DNA of 64,000 nucleotides from a bacterium. GTDB taxonomy: Bacteria; UBP13; UBA5359. The notes beneath the pieces were generated by a model, which searched no databases, was not told the DNA's origin, and was given only the letters and a program-made list of their open reading frames with translations. The stretch is taken from the NCBI GenBank assembly GCA_028685295.1, contig JAQUEL010000001.1:31865-95864 (forward strand), in the 5' to 3' direction. Positions 1 through 9,991 of this stretch are shown piece by piece. Each line of letters begins with the position of its first letter. Position 1 is the first letter of the stretch. Position numbers and translations under genes: made by a program.

Positions 1-244
1 CTGAAAAACCGGCACAGCGTCCCATGCGGCGTCCAAGCATATAAATGATAAGATGCTCCAGAAGATGACAAAGACCGGTACCCTCTATAATCTCTTCTTT
101 GAAATCGTGTGCGTCTGTTGCAGCTAAGCCGCATATGTGTTGCAGCTCTTCGGCAGGCGCTTCCAGAATGCCTGGGAGCGCTGTTTCCATTTTTTTTACA
201 AGGCTGGGTATGGCGCTGGTAGAGATATTTGCATCATTCCCCAT
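1..244 (-). CDS. hypothetical protein, N-terminal part (runs off window start)
   Basis: Reverse-complement reading frame opens with ATG at 244..242 and stays open to position 1 (MGNDANISTSAIPSLVKKMETALPGILEAPAEELQHICGLAATDAHDF...). No strong SD; no recognisable family. Confidence 0.3.
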   Translation of the reverse strand, partial: MGNDANISTSAIPSLVKKMETALPGILEAPAEELQHICGLAATDAHDFKEEIIEGTGLCHLLEHLIIYMLGRRMGRCAGFS

Positions 245-488
245 ATCCAGATGAATTATCGCTCTTTTTGAACCTTGCTGCAGATTACGAATGCTCTCGC
301 TTTGCGGAGTATCTTGAAAAACTATATTAATAATATGCAAAATACCTTCCCCCTTGCTACAATTATATCTTCAAGTGATAGAGGGCGCAATGACGGGGAT
401 ACGCTTGCCTCTCGGCAGCATTCCGGTATGGTTTATTGTCATGTCTATGCTATAATAATGACATTAATACATAGTTGTAGGAGTCGCA

Positions 489-2834
489 ATGGAGGCTGCA
501 AATTCTGCAAGGTATGATCTCCTGCAAATATTTAATACGCAGGATATCATTGATCTTGAAAGGGCATCAGCACATTTGATTGGTGCTGATATTCATATAT
601 GGGGTCCTTCGGGGAGCATTTCCGGTACCGGTATTGATAATACAACAATCTCCTGGGAAGAGATTGTTGCTGCCGTAGGTGGCGGTAACTTTATTCGTTG
701 CGGTATTTCCGGCAGGGATTATTGTCTGGCGCCTATTATGCTGAAAGATAAGCTGTTGGCAGCTATCCTGGCCGGGCCCTTCGATGCTATGGAAGATGAT
801 TGGCGGGCGGCATCTTCTTTTCTGACCGCCCTCAGCCGCATAGTATCCAATATCATCGCTGCATCCAGGCGCAATTTTGATCTTTATCAGCAGGCGGAAG
901 CCGATCTTCATCTTAAAGTAAAGGAACTGTCATATCTGTTTGAGACAAGTAAATCTTTGCATGGTCAACTTGACTTTGAAGAGAATTCCAACTGTTTTCT
1001 GCATAAGGTAATGGAGTTTTCCGGGGCAAAAACCGGCATAATAATGATACTCGACGAAGAGAAACAGATCATTCGTCATTTGGCATCCGCCGGTTGCTCA
1101 CCCATGATAAGAAGCATGGAGCTGTCACCGGGAGAGGATCTCAGCGGGAAGATAATAGAGACCGGTGAATACGGCATTATTGCTGATATGAACGAAAGTG
1201 AGCTTCCAGAGCGGGATGATTTTCGTTTTTCGTTGGGTAAGACGGTGACAATAATATCGATACCTTTGAAAGTTGAAGGCAGAAGCCTGGGCGTTTTGCA
1301 CCTGGGTTACAGACAGAAATATGATCCTTCCACAGAGGAGATCAACCTTCTTACTGTAGTTGCCCATGAAGCGGCTGTTGTCATAGAGCACGGGCGCCTC
1401 TTCAAGGAAGTTTCCAGGCTGGCGATAACAGACGGTCTGACCAGACTTAATAACCACAGATACCTGCAGCAGCGCCTTGATGGTGAATTGGAGCGGGCTA
1501 AACGTTTCCAGCGACCACTTTCCGTATTGATGCTTGATATAGATCATTTCAAGAGATATAACGATCGCTTCGGGCATTTGGCCGGCGATATTCTGTTGAA
1601 GCGCCTTTCCAGACTTCTTGAGAACAATACCCGGAGTATAGATATTCTGGCTCGCTATGGCGGTGAAGAGTTTTGTGTCGTATTGCCTGAAACTAGTGTA
1701 GCTGAAGCGGAATTAGTGGCTGAACGCATAAGAAGGGAAGTCAGGGAAACTTTGCATTACCATAATCAGGAGGATGGATCGGAGGGCAAAGTAACAATAA
1801 GTATAGGCATATCGACATTTCCCACCGATGGGTCCAACAAAACCATGCTTCTAGCTGCTTCAGACAAAGCGCTTTATAGGGCCAAGCAGACTGGTCGTAA
1901 CAGGGTGGTCCTGGCTTCACGCTTATCCAAGGATCTGATTGAAGGGGTTGCGGATGCTTTTAGCGGCGTCTCGGAAACCCAACAAGATAGCGAAGTTAAG
2001 GACTCTTTTCTCAATCGTTACAAGGTTCATCTTATAGTTCTGGTCGCAATGATCAACCTCTTTTCCCAGTTTATCTTTCGTTATAGCTATAATGATCTTA
2101 GTGGGATGCCCTATCTCTATTTGCATACCGTGATGGAGCTTTATTCGTCAGCGGTAGGCGTAATAATTTTTTATATCGCTTTTTCTGCTGCCAGACGGAC
2201 AGGAGATAGCCGTCTTTCTTTGTTGGGGAAGGCTTTTCTGGTAATGGCTTTGCTCGATCTTTTGCATCTCATGACATTTCCCGGGGGCATATCTATTTTA
2301 TCTCAAGGAAACGATGGAATGACTATCGGGCTCTGGATATGCTCACGTTTGATAGGCGCGTTCATGATCATTACAGCAGTCTTTATGCCTAAGAGAAGAG
2401 ATTATCTTCTTGTAGAGAACCCTCTTCAGGAGGCCCTATTGCCTATACTTATAGCATTGCTGCTTTATCTTCTGCTGGAATCATTTGCTCAGTTGAGACC
2501 GTTTACCTATATTCCTGGCAAGAGTGCAGGTGAACCGGCCATGTATATGGAAGCTATTATAGCTTTTCTTTATGTAGTGGCTGCACTGGGATTTATGAAG
2601 CTGCATCGCCAAGGCGGCGGATCTTTGATGCTGATGTTTATCATCGGTATGTTTGCTATGGCTTTTTCGGCAGTTAGTGTCGTTACTATGCTTGGAACCC
2701 ATAATTTGCTGGCGCATGTATATAAATCACTGGCCTGTTTGATAATTTTGGCCGGTTTCTGGTTGCTGGAGAGAGCCAGCGCATTAGAATCCGGCACGGC
2801 AACAGCAATATCCGGTGGCAATACTCGCCAGTGA
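489..2834 (+). CDS. sensor diguanylate cyclase: N-terminal unknown domain + GAF + GGDEF, followed by a C-terminal ~300-aa polytopic membrane domain
   Basis: 781-aa ORF. SD TAGGAG 6 nt before ATG 489. GGDEF signature RYGGEEF with DHFKRYND and KALYRAKQTGRNRV motifs. GAF-like block before it. C-terminal third is strongly hydrophobic with about 7 predicted helices. Confidence 0.85.
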   Translation: MEAANSARYDLLQIFNTQDIIDLERASAHLIGADIHIWGPSGSISGTGIDNTTISWEEIVAAVGGGNFIRCGISGRDYCLAPIMLKDKLLAAILAGPFDAMEDDWRAASSFLTALSRIVSNIIAASRRNFDLYQQAEADLHLKVKELSYLFETSKSLHGQLDFEENSNCFLHKVMEFSGAKTGIIMILDEEKQIIRHLASAGCSPMIRSMELSPGEDLSGKIIETGEYGIIADMNESELPERDDFRFSLGKTVTIISIPLKVEGRSLGVLHLGYRQKYDPSTEEINLLTVVAHEAAVVIEHGRLFKEVSRLAITDGLTRLNNHRYLQQRLDGELERAKRFQRPLSVLMLDIDHFKRYNDRFGHLAGDILLKRLSRLLENNTRSIDILARYGGEEFCVVLPETSVAEAELVAERIRREVRETLHYHNQEDGSEGKVTISIGISTFPTDGSNKTMLLAASDKALYRAKQTGRNRVVLASRLSKDLIEGVADAFSGVSETQQDSEVKDSFLNRYKVHLIVLVAMINLFSQFIFRYSYNDLSGMPYLYLHTVMELYSSAVGVIIFYIAFSAARRTGDSRLSLLGKAFLVMALLDLLHLMTFPGGISILSQGNDGMTIGLWICSRLIGAFMIITAVFMPKRRDYLLVENPLQEALLPILIALLLYLLLESFAQLRPFTYIPGKSAGEPAMYMEAIIAFLYVVAALGFMKLHRQGGGSLMLMFIIGMFAMAFSAVSVVTMLGTHNLLAHVYKSLACLIILAGFWLLERASALESGTATAISGGNTRQ

Positions 2835-2860
2835 AACAGATATTAGTTGGAGGTAATAGT

Positions 2861-3958
2861 ATGTCTATTGATGCATTGGTACGTTCCTGTATAGCGGATC
2901 TGGAGCCGTATGAGCCGGGAAAACCGATTGAGGAAGTGGAGAGAGAACTGGGCATAACAGGGGTAATCAAGATGGCATCCAATGAGAATCCGCTTGGACC
3001 GTCGCCATTGGCTGTTGAAGCTGTTCGCAAGGCAGCGGCTGGAATGCAGATATATCCTGACGGCAATGCTCATTATTTGAAAAAAGCACTTGCTTCCATG
3101 TTGAAAGTAGAATCTAATCAGCTCTTTATCGGTAACGGTTCGGATGAGATAATACACTTTTTAGGGATAACTTATCTTCATCCGGGAGATGAGGTAATAG
3201 TGGCTGACCCGTCATTTTCACGTTACGATTCAGCTGTTATCCTGATGAACGCCAGACTTATAAAGGTGCCTCTGAAGGATTTTCGGCATGATTTGGATGC
3301 CATGGCATCTAAATTCAGTGACAGGACAAAGCTGATTTTTATTTGTAATCCCAACAACCCGACAGGGACTATAGTAAGGCAAAATGAGGTAGAGCGCTTC
3401 CTGAAAAAGCTACCGGCCGATGCCATTGCCGTCTTCGATGAAGCATACTATGAGTATGTGGAAGCTGAGGATTATCCGGATAGTCTTCGCTATATCGGTG
3501 AAGGACGTCATATAGTGACTTTGCGCACTTTCTCCAAAATTTACGGTTTAGCCGGTTTGCGCGTGGGATATGCGGTCTCTTCACCGGAGATAATTGCTCA
3601 TCTCAACCGTGTCAAGGAACCCTTTAACGTCAATAGCCTGGCGCTGGCAGCGGCACAGGCCTCTTTGAACGATCCGGATCAGGTTAGGCGTAGCCGGCAG
3701 CTTGTTTCTGAAGGAAAGCGGTTCTTACAACAGAGCTTTACCGCTATGGGCCTGGATTATATGCCAACAGAGGCTAATTTTATTATGGTCAGGGTCGGCC
3801 TGGATTCAAGAGAGGTTTTCAGAGCCTTAATGTCCAAGGGAGTAATTATCAGAACAGGCGATATATTCGGGCTTTCGGACTATATCCGTGTTACCGTAGG
3901 CACTATGGGACAGAATGAAAGGTTTATAAAAGCCCTTTCAGATGTGCTTGAGAGATAG
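2861..3958 (+). CDS. hisC: histidinol-phosphate/aromatic aminotransferase (HisC family, class II PLP aminotransferase)
   Basis: Motifs ASNENPLGPSP, ICNPNNPTGT, TFSKIYGLAGLRVGYAV (PLP lysine region). Start moved to ATG 2861 (SD GGAGGT 7 nt upstream) rather than the ORF-track GTG 2831. Sits in an aromatic amino-acid gene block. Confidence 0.85.
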   Translation: MSIDALVRSCIADLEPYEPGKPIEEVERELGITGVIKMASNENPLGPSPLAVEAVRKAAAGMQIYPDGNAHYLKKALASMLKVESNQLFIGNGSDEIIHFLGITYLHPGDEVIVADPSFSRYDSAVILMNARLIKVPLKDFRHDLDAMASKFSDRTKLIFICNPNNPTGTIVRQNEVERFLKKLPADAIAVFDEAYYEYVEAEDYPDSLRYIGEGRHIVTLRTFSKIYGLAGLRVGYAVSSPEIIAHLNRVKEPFNVNSLALAAAQASLNDPDQVRRSRQLVSEGKRFLQQSFTAMGLDYMPTEANFIMVRVGLDSREVFRALMSKGVIIRTGDIFGLSDYIRVTVGTMGQNERFIKALSDVLER

Positions 3959-3988
3959 TAGTTTGCGTAGGAAGAAGAGGTAGAGGAT

Positions 3989-5011
3989 ATGATAATTATC
4001 ATGAAGCGGGAGGCGACTGAAGCCGATATACGTCAGGTTGTCAGCCGTCTGGGTGATAAGGGCTATGGGACTCATGTCTCCGAAGGTGTAGAGAAGACGA
4101 TAATAGGCGCTATCGGCGTACATAACGATGAGAAAGCTCTGCTGGCAGAGCAACTGGAAGCCATAACCGCTGTTGAAAAAGTCGTACCCATATTAAAGCC
4201 TTTTCGGCTGGTCGGCAGGGAATTTCAGCCTGAGAATACGATTATTAAAGTTGGCGGTGTAACCATAGGGGGAAATGCAGTGGTTATTTCCGCCGGGCCG
4301 TGTGCTGTGGAGGATCAAGAGCAGTTGCTGGAAACGGCGCAGGCCATCAAAGCTGTAGGAGCAAGCATACTGCGTGGGGGCGCATTCAAGCCCAGGACCT
4401 CTCCGTATGCCTTCCAAGGGCTTGAAGAGGAGGGGCTGAAGATACTGGCTGCGGCCAGGCAGGAAACCGGACTGCCTATTGTCACTGAAATCATGGATCC
4501 CCGCAGCGTAGATCTGGTAATGGAATATTCGGATATGCTGCAGATAGGTGCCCGAAATATGCAGAACTTCTTTCTCCTGAGAGAGGTTGGCAAATCCAAA
4601 AAGCCTGTTTTATTGAAACGGGGGCTGTCGGCTACTATTGAAGAACTGCTCATGGCGGCAGAGTATATCATGTCGGAAGGCAATACATCCGTCATACTTT
4701 GTGAGCGTGGGATCAGGACATTCGAGCCATACACTCGCAATACTCTCGATCTTAGTGCGGTGCCCTTGATTCGGGAGCTTTCTCATCTGCCTGTATGGGT
4801 GGATCCCAGCCATGGCACAGGACATTGGCGTCTGGTGGCACCGATGGCGCGTGCGGCCATAGCCGCCGGTGCTGACGGTCTGATGATAGAAGTGCATCCT
4901 CGTCCGGGTGAAGCGCTCTCCGACGGATCGCAATCACTTACATATGCAAACTTTGCCAGGTTAATGGCAGAGATCAAGCCTATTGCCGAGATTCTAGGGA
5001 GGACAGTCTAG
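3989..5011 (+). CDS. 3-deoxy-7-phosphoheptulonate (DAHP) synthase, type I-beta with N-terminal regulatory extension
   Basis: KDO8PS-like core motifs KPRTSPYAFQG, LQIGARNMQNF, KPVLLKRG, and PSH near the C-terminus. About 60-aa N-terminal extra domain. Confidence 0.85.
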   Translation: MIIIMKREATEADIRQVVSRLGDKGYGTHVSEGVEKTIIGAIGVHNDEKALLAEQLEAITAVEKVVPILKPFRLVGREFQPENTIIKVGGVTIGGNAVVISAGPCAVEDQEQLLETAQAIKAVGASILRGGAFKPRTSPYAFQGLEEEGLKILAAARQETGLPIVTEIMDPRSVDLVMEYSDMLQIGARNMQNFFLLREVGKSKKPVLLKRGLSATIEELLMAAEYIMSEGNTSVILCERGIRTFEPYTRNTLDLSAVPLIRELSHLPVWVDPSHGTGHWRLVAPMARAAIAAGADGLMIEVHPRPGEALSDGSQSLTYANFARLMAEIKPIAEILGRTV

Positions 5012-5012
5012 A

Positions 5013-5864
5013 ATGTCTCTCTACCATCGCTGTGCCATTGCCGGTCTTGGTCTGATCGGCGGCTCGCTGGGAATGGCTGTCAGACAGAACGGATTGGCCG
5101 AAGAGGTAGTAGGCCTGGCCAGATGTGCCCGGACAATTGAGAGAGCATTGGATATGGGGGCAGTGGACCGTGGAACCCTGGACCCGATAGAGGCTGTTAA
5201 GGGCGCCGATATACTTGTGCTGGCTGCTCCGGTAATGGCGTCCATAGATCTCGGCAGAATAATGATACCTCATATGAAGTCCGGATCGTTGATCACGGAC
5301 GTTTGCAGCACAAAGTCCATGCTGATTAATGAACTGAAGAAGATCAAGCCTGAAGGCGTCTCTTTCATCGGTGGACATCCTATGGCTGGTGCAGAGAAGG
5401 CCGGTATAGCATATGCCTCCCCGGATCTCTTTATAAACGCCAGATATCTTCTGACGCCGGTTGATGATCATGACGATCATACCAGCTGTTTGACGACGCT
5501 GGTGAAAGGAGTAGGCGCTTTGCCGGAGATTGTGGGCTTAGCAGAACATGATACTCTGGTAGCCATGGTCAGCCATCTACCGCATGCTGTGGCGCAATGC
5601 CTGGTGAATACTGTTGCCGATATGCAATTAGAGGAGCTGACACGGCTTGCCGCCGGCGGCTTCAAAGATATTACCCGGGTGGCCGGCAGCGATTCTAAGA
5701 TGTGGAATGATATCTATGTTAGTAATAAAATGGAAGTTCTTAAAGCATTGGCTCTATTCAGGAAGCAGCTTGATTATTTATCGGATATGATCTCCAGCAG
5801 CGACGAAAAGTCTTTACTGGAATTTCTGGAGAACGCCAAAGAATATAGGAACGGATTAAGCTGA
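5013..5864 (+). CDS. tyrA: prephenate dehydrogenase
   Basis: Rossmann motif IAGLGLIGGSLGMA at the N-terminus; TyrA-like length and core; context with aroA/DAHP synthase. Confidence 0.8.
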   Translation: MSLYHRCAIAGLGLIGGSLGMAVRQNGLAEEVVGLARCARTIERALDMGAVDRGTLDPIEAVKGADILVLAAPVMASIDLGRIMIPHMKSGSLITDVCSTKSMLINELKKIKPEGVSFIGGHPMAGAEKAGIAYASPDLFINARYLLTPVDDHDDHTSCLTTLVKGVGALPEIVGLAEHDTLVAMVSHLPHAVAQCLVNTVADMQLEELTRLAAGGFKDITRVAGSDSKMWNDIYVSNKMEVLKALALFRKQLDYLSDMISSSDEKSLLEFLENAKEYRNGLS

Positions 5865-7159
5865 TGAGCTGCAGAACGATATTACCATGTAGAAGCCTTG
5901 GTGGCGTAATCAGGGTTCCGGGTGACAAATCGATATCACACAGGGCGATTATGTTGGGATCGTTGGCAGAAGGAGATTCCGTTATTCATAATTTTCTAGA
6001 TTCGGCAGATTGCCGTGCAACGGTGAATATCTTCAGAATGCTGGGTGTTTCCATTGTACAGGAAGGCACCCATATAATTGTAAAGGGTCAGGGTGTACAG
6101 GGGCTGCATGAACCCGAAGATATTTTGCAGGTGGGCAATTCAGGTACTACAGCCAGGCTTATGTTGGGGCTTTTGGCAGGGTTGGATATGTTTGCAGTCA
6201 TAACCGGAGATGGATCTCTGCGAGAAAGACCGATGGATCGCGTTACCAGACCGCTCTCTCTAAGGGGAGCGAGCTTTCAGGGGCGCAGCGCCAGGATTTT
6301 GGCACCGGTAGCAGTCCGGGGCAGGCATCCGCTAGCAGGTTTGAGCTATAAAATTCCTGTGGCCAGCGCTCAGATAAAAACATCATTGTTGCTCTCAGGC
6401 CTCTTTGCCGAGGAACCCACTAATATATGGGAGCCGTATAAATCACGCGACCATGGAGAGCGTATGTTGGCTGCCTTGGGGGCGGATATCTCTATCGACG
6501 GCAACAGCGTTGCTCTTAACCCCGGCGGCACTATGACAGGTAGAGAGATCAGTATACCGGGTGATATTTCGTCGGCTGCTTTCTTTATGGTACTGGCCGC
6601 ATCTCTTCCCGGTGCCGCCCTCACTTTAGTCGATATAGGGCTTAACCCTACCCGAACAGGTATCATAGATGTTCTTCGTGCTATGGGCGCCGAGTTGAAA
6701 GTAGTTAATGTCAGAGAGGAAGCCGGAGAGCCGGTAGGTAATATATCGATAACCGGTGGTAAATTGCGCGGGACAATAATCGATGCTCCGCTGATACCGC
6801 GACTTATCGATGAAATCCCGGCCCTTGCCGTGGCCGCTGCTCTGGCTGATGGGGAAACGCTGATCAAGGATGCCGCCGAGCTGCGGGTAAAGGAAACGGA
6901 TAGGATTGCTTCCGTATGCAGTATGCTGCACGCTTTTGGTGTGAGAGCTATGGAAAAGGAGGACGGTATGAGAATTACCGGCGGCGGCAGACTACAGAGT
7001 GCTGTTGTCGATAGCAACGGCGATCATCGCATTGCTATGTCAGCCTCGATAGCGGCAGCCTTGGCCTCGGGTGAAAGCCGTATTATGAACACGGATTGTA
7101 TAGATACTTCCTTCCCTAATTTTTATAAGATATTGGAGGAGGTATGTGCCGGTGCATAA
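5864..7159 (+). CDS. aroA: 3-phosphoshikimate 1-carboxyvinyltransferase (EPSP synthase)
   Basis: ATGA start/stop overlap with tyrA. Motifs VPGDKSISHRAIMLGSLAEG, LGNSGTTARL, RPMDRV. 431 aa. Confidence 0.9.
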   Translation: MSCRTILPCRSLGGVIRVPGDKSISHRAIMLGSLAEGDSVIHNFLDSADCRATVNIFRMLGVSIVQEGTHIIVKGQGVQGLHEPEDILQVGNSGTTARLMLGLLAGLDMFAVITGDGSLRERPMDRVTRPLSLRGASFQGRSARILAPVAVRGRHPLAGLSYKIPVASAQIKTSLLLSGLFAEEPTNIWEPYKSRDHGERMLAALGADISIDGNSVALNPGGTMTGREISIPGDISSAAFFMVLAASLPGAALTLVDIGLNPTRTGIIDVLRAMGAELKVVNVREEAGEPVGNISITGGKLRGTIIDAPLIPRLIDEIPALAVAAALADGETLIKDAAELRVKETDRIASVCSMLHAFGVRAMEKEDGMRITGGGRLQSAVVDSNGDHRIAMSASIAAALASGESRIMNTDCIDTSFPNFYKILEEVCAGA

Positions 7160-7838
7160 TATTGCAGGGGATCTGATTATTGCCATAGACGGCCCGGCCG
7201 GAGCCGGTAAGAGCAGTGTAGCAAGGGGCTTGGCTGAATATTTAGGCTATACTTATATAGATACTGGTGCCATGTACAGAGCTGTGGCCTGGCTCGGTTT
7301 GCGTTGCGGCATTGTGGAGAATGAAGAGGAGCTGACCAGGCTGGCGTCGGATATGAAATTCGAGTTTATCCGGCAAGACGGTGCTCAGCGGATAGTGGTA
7401 AACGGTTGTGACATCACTGATGAAATAAGGACGCCAAAGATATCACGTCTGGCTTCACCGATATCGGCTGTTGCTGGAGTCAGAGAACAACTGTCGGCGT
7501 TGCAACGGCGTTTCGGTAAGCGAGGCGGAGTAGTTATGGAGGGCAGAGATATCGGCACCGTTATCTTCCCTGAGGCACAGGTGAAGATATTCCTGACGGC
7601 CTCCGTGGAGGAACGTGCCAGAAGACGCTGGCTGGAACTGCAGAAAAGAGGCAGCGATATTCGTTATGAGCTGGTGCTTGCCGATATTGAAGAACGTGAT
7701 AATCGTGATAGTAATCGGGCGCTGGCGCCACTGCGCCCAGCGAAAGATGCGGTTCTTATAGATAGCGATAAAAAGAGTATCAATGACGTGATACAGGAGA
7801 TAATATCCGTATGTGAAGGAGTAACGGCAAAGAGATGA
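7146..7838 (+). CDS. cmk: cytidylate kinase
   Basis: P-loop IAIDGPAGAGKSSVAR, DTGAMYRA motif. GTG start overlapping the aroA end. Confidence 0.9.
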   Translation: MPVHNIAGDLIIAIDGPAGAGKSSVARGLAEYLGYTYIDTGAMYRAVAWLGLRCGIVENEEELTRLASDMKFEFIRQDGAQRIVVNGCDITDEIRTPKISRLASPISAVAGVREQLSALQRRFGKRGGVVMEGRDIGTVIFPEAQVKIFLTASVEERARRRWLELQKRGSDIRYELVLADIEERDNRDSNRALAPLRPAKDAVLIDSDKKSINDVIQEIISVCEGVTAKR

Positions 7839-8494
7839 TGCTATATCGTCCCGGACGAGCTATATCCTGGGCTTTTTTCAAAATATTCTGCAGGATGGAG
7901 GTTGTGGGAGCGGATATTCCAAGGAGCGGCGGCTGCTTGCTGGTAGCCAATCACATCAGCCATCTGGATCCCCCTCTTGTCGGCGCAGCTATCAGACGGA
8001 TGGTCTATTTCATGGCCAAGCAAGAGCTTTTTGAGATTCCTATACTGGGTTCTATCATTGCCGGAACGGGGGCCTTTCCCGTAAAACGCGGTACCGCTGA
8101 TAGAGGTGCGTTGAAGCGTGCTTGGACGTTGCTGCGTGACGGTAATGTAGTCTGTATATTTCCGGAAGGACGGCGCAGCCCGGACGGCACCTTGCAATCG
8201 GCTGAAGCCGGTGCAGCTCTGGTGGCAGCGCAAAGCAATGTGCCGGTAGTGCCGCTAGGTCTGATCGGCACGGCTGATGTTTTACCGCCGGGCGGAGTTG
8301 TTTTGCACCCGCATCCGGTAAAGGTAATTGTTGGTGAACCCTTGCACCTGGATGATCTACGCGCAGAAAAGTACGATCGCCTTTTACTGAATGAGATCGG
8401 GCGGCGTATGATGGATGGCATAGCCGGGGCCGTTAGGCAGGGCCTTAATGCCAACGCAGGGTTACAGAAGAGAGGAAATCATAAATCGAAATGA
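7835..8494 (+). CDS. plsC: 1-acyl-sn-glycerol-3-phosphate acyltransferase
   Basis: HxxxxD acyltransferase motif (NHISHLDPP) and FPEGRRS motif. ATGA overlap with cmk. Confidence 0.8.
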   Translation: MMLYRPGRAISWAFFKIFCRMEVVGADIPRSGGCLLVANHISHLDPPLVGAAIRRMVYFMAKQELFEIPILGSIIAGTGAFPVKRGTADRGALKRAWTLLRDGNVVCIFPEGRRSPDGTLQSAEAGAALVAAQSNVPVVPLGLIGTADVLPPGGVVLHPHPVKVIVGEPLHLDDLRAEKYDRLLLNEIGRRMMDGIAGAVRQGLNANAGLQKRGNHKSK

Positions 8495-8521
8495 TATATG
8501 CATCTACGTATTCGGGCGGGG

Positions 8522-8550
8522 TTGGAGGAAAAGCAATCCTGTATTATAAT
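8522..8550 (+). promoter_or_regulatory. sigma70-like promoter (TTGGAG-17nt-TATAAT) upstream of the SurA-N/TPR gene
   Basis: TTGGAG at 8522..8527 and TATAAT at 8545..8550, spacing 17 nt, in a 184-nt intergenic region. Confidence 0.4.
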
Positions 8551-8678
8551 GAGATGGCTGATCAGCGAAAAGAATTCCGTGGCCAGGATTAACATTTCCG
8601 CTTTGTTTGAGAAGTGTGCTCAGGATAACCGGAATTCCGGCCTCTGATTTCTTAAGACTAAAGGAGAAGAGATAGGAT

Positions 8679-9881
8679 ATGTCGATAATCTATATCCGAA
8701 AAAAATTCGGAACTACTATGAAATGGGGAATGGGCGTTATTGCCGCCATATTCCTCATCTCCGCCTTTTATATGTACGGCGGGAACATGATGTCGAATGC
8801 CGAAAAGGGGCAGAACTTATCCCGGGAGGTGGCGATTGTCGGCGGAAAACCCTTGCTCCGAGCAAACTTCGATAGGGAGTTTGCCAGGCGTGTTGCAGCA
8901 TATAAGGAACAGCCGGGTGGTGGGCAATTTAAAGAGACCAATGCTACATCTGTGAAAGCACAACTACTGGAAGAAATGTCGGATAGAGTGCTACTTCTGC
9001 AGGAGGCCGACAGGACGAGGATCAAAATCGGTCGTAAAGATGTGCAGAAACAGATAGATGAAATTAAAAAATCTTTCCCTTCGGATAAAGCGTTCCGTGA
9101 GCGTCTGAGATCTCTAGGCTATGATATCAATATGCTGCGGCGTGAAATCACTGAAGGCATGAGACTTCAGGCATTGGTAGATAAACAGAAACAGGCTGTC
9201 AGCGTCAGCGATGCCGATGTCAAGAAAGCGTATAAAGATCAATACAAGAAGGAACCTGCCGGAAAAGAATTTAATGCCAAGGCTAAAGAGGTTCGCGAGC
9301 AATTGCTTGGAGAGAAGCAATCTACTGCTCTTGCCAAGTGGATGGCCGATCTTCGTAAGAAGGCCGACATACAGGTAGTCGATGCCGAAATCAGAGCTTA
9401 TAAGCATCTATCGGAGGGGAAGGACGATAAAGCTTTGCTGGCCTTTGAAAAGGCACTGAAGCAGAACCCTTACGATCCTTATATCGCTTCCGTCTATTAC
9501 CAGATAGGGCAGTTATATGAAAAAAAGAGTCGGCTTGCTAAAGCGGAAGAAGCCTATGATAGAGGTCTCAAACATGGGAGCAGCGCGGATTTACATTTGG
9601 CGCTGGGAAATATTTATCGCAAACAGGGCAAGCGGGATGCGGCGTTGCTTCAATATGAGGATGCGTCCGATCTATCCTATGCCGATTTCTTTATGCATTA
9701 TAATCTCTCCGGCATATATAAGGAGATGGGGCTGCAGAATAAAGCGGCGGATGAGGAGAAACGGGCTCAGGAGATATACGGCAAGCAGATGGCACAGATG
9801 ATGCAAGCTCAGCAACGGCAGCAGGCGGCACAGAACGCTGAACAGGGTTCCGCTAAGCCGGCGGATAAAGAAAAGAAGTAA
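8679..9881 (+). CDS. periplasmic chaperone-like protein: signal/TM anchor + SurA N-terminal-like domain + C-terminal TPR repeats (no PPIase domain)
   Basis: N-terminal hydrophobic segment, SurA/PpiD-like chaperone region, TPR-like repeats (ALLAFEKALKQNPYDPY..., LALGNIYRKQGKRDAALLQYEDA). Strong SD AAGGAGAAGAG upstream. Confidence 0.6.
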   Translation: MSIIYIRKKFGTTMKWGMGVIAAIFLISAFYMYGGNMMSNAEKGQNLSREVAIVGGKPLLRANFDREFARRVAAYKEQPGGGQFKETNATSVKAQLLEEMSDRVLLLQEADRTRIKIGRKDVQKQIDEIKKSFPSDKAFRERLRSLGYDINMLRREITEGMRLQALVDKQKQAVSVSDADVKKAYKDQYKKEPAGKEFNAKAKEVREQLLGEKQSTALAKWMADLRKKADIQVVDAEIRAYKHLSEGKDDKALLAFEKALKQNPYDPYIASVYYQIGQLYEKKSRLAKAEEAYDRGLKHGSSADLHLALGNIYRKQGKRDAALLQYEDASDLSYADFFMHYNLSGIYKEMGLQNKAADEEKRAQEIYGKQMAQMMQAQQRQQAAQNAEQGSAKPADKEKK

Positions 9882-9991
9882 AATCTCATTTGCGAAGGAC
9901 TTTAAGAGCTGGAGATGAGCAGGGCATATTTAAGAATATGCCCTGCTTTATATGCCGTTCTATTTTGCAGCCAGGGAGGTATGAACAAGAG

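Noticed and set aside
275-517. 80-aa + strand ORF upstream of the first GGDEF gene
   Set aside because: Overlaps the SD and start of the 781-aa cyclase gene. Low-complexity, no RBS. More likely the promoter/5'UTR of that gene.
6370-7017. 215-aa minus-strand ORF
   Set aside because: Antisense to aroA; Ala/Ser/Pro-rich low-complexity translation.
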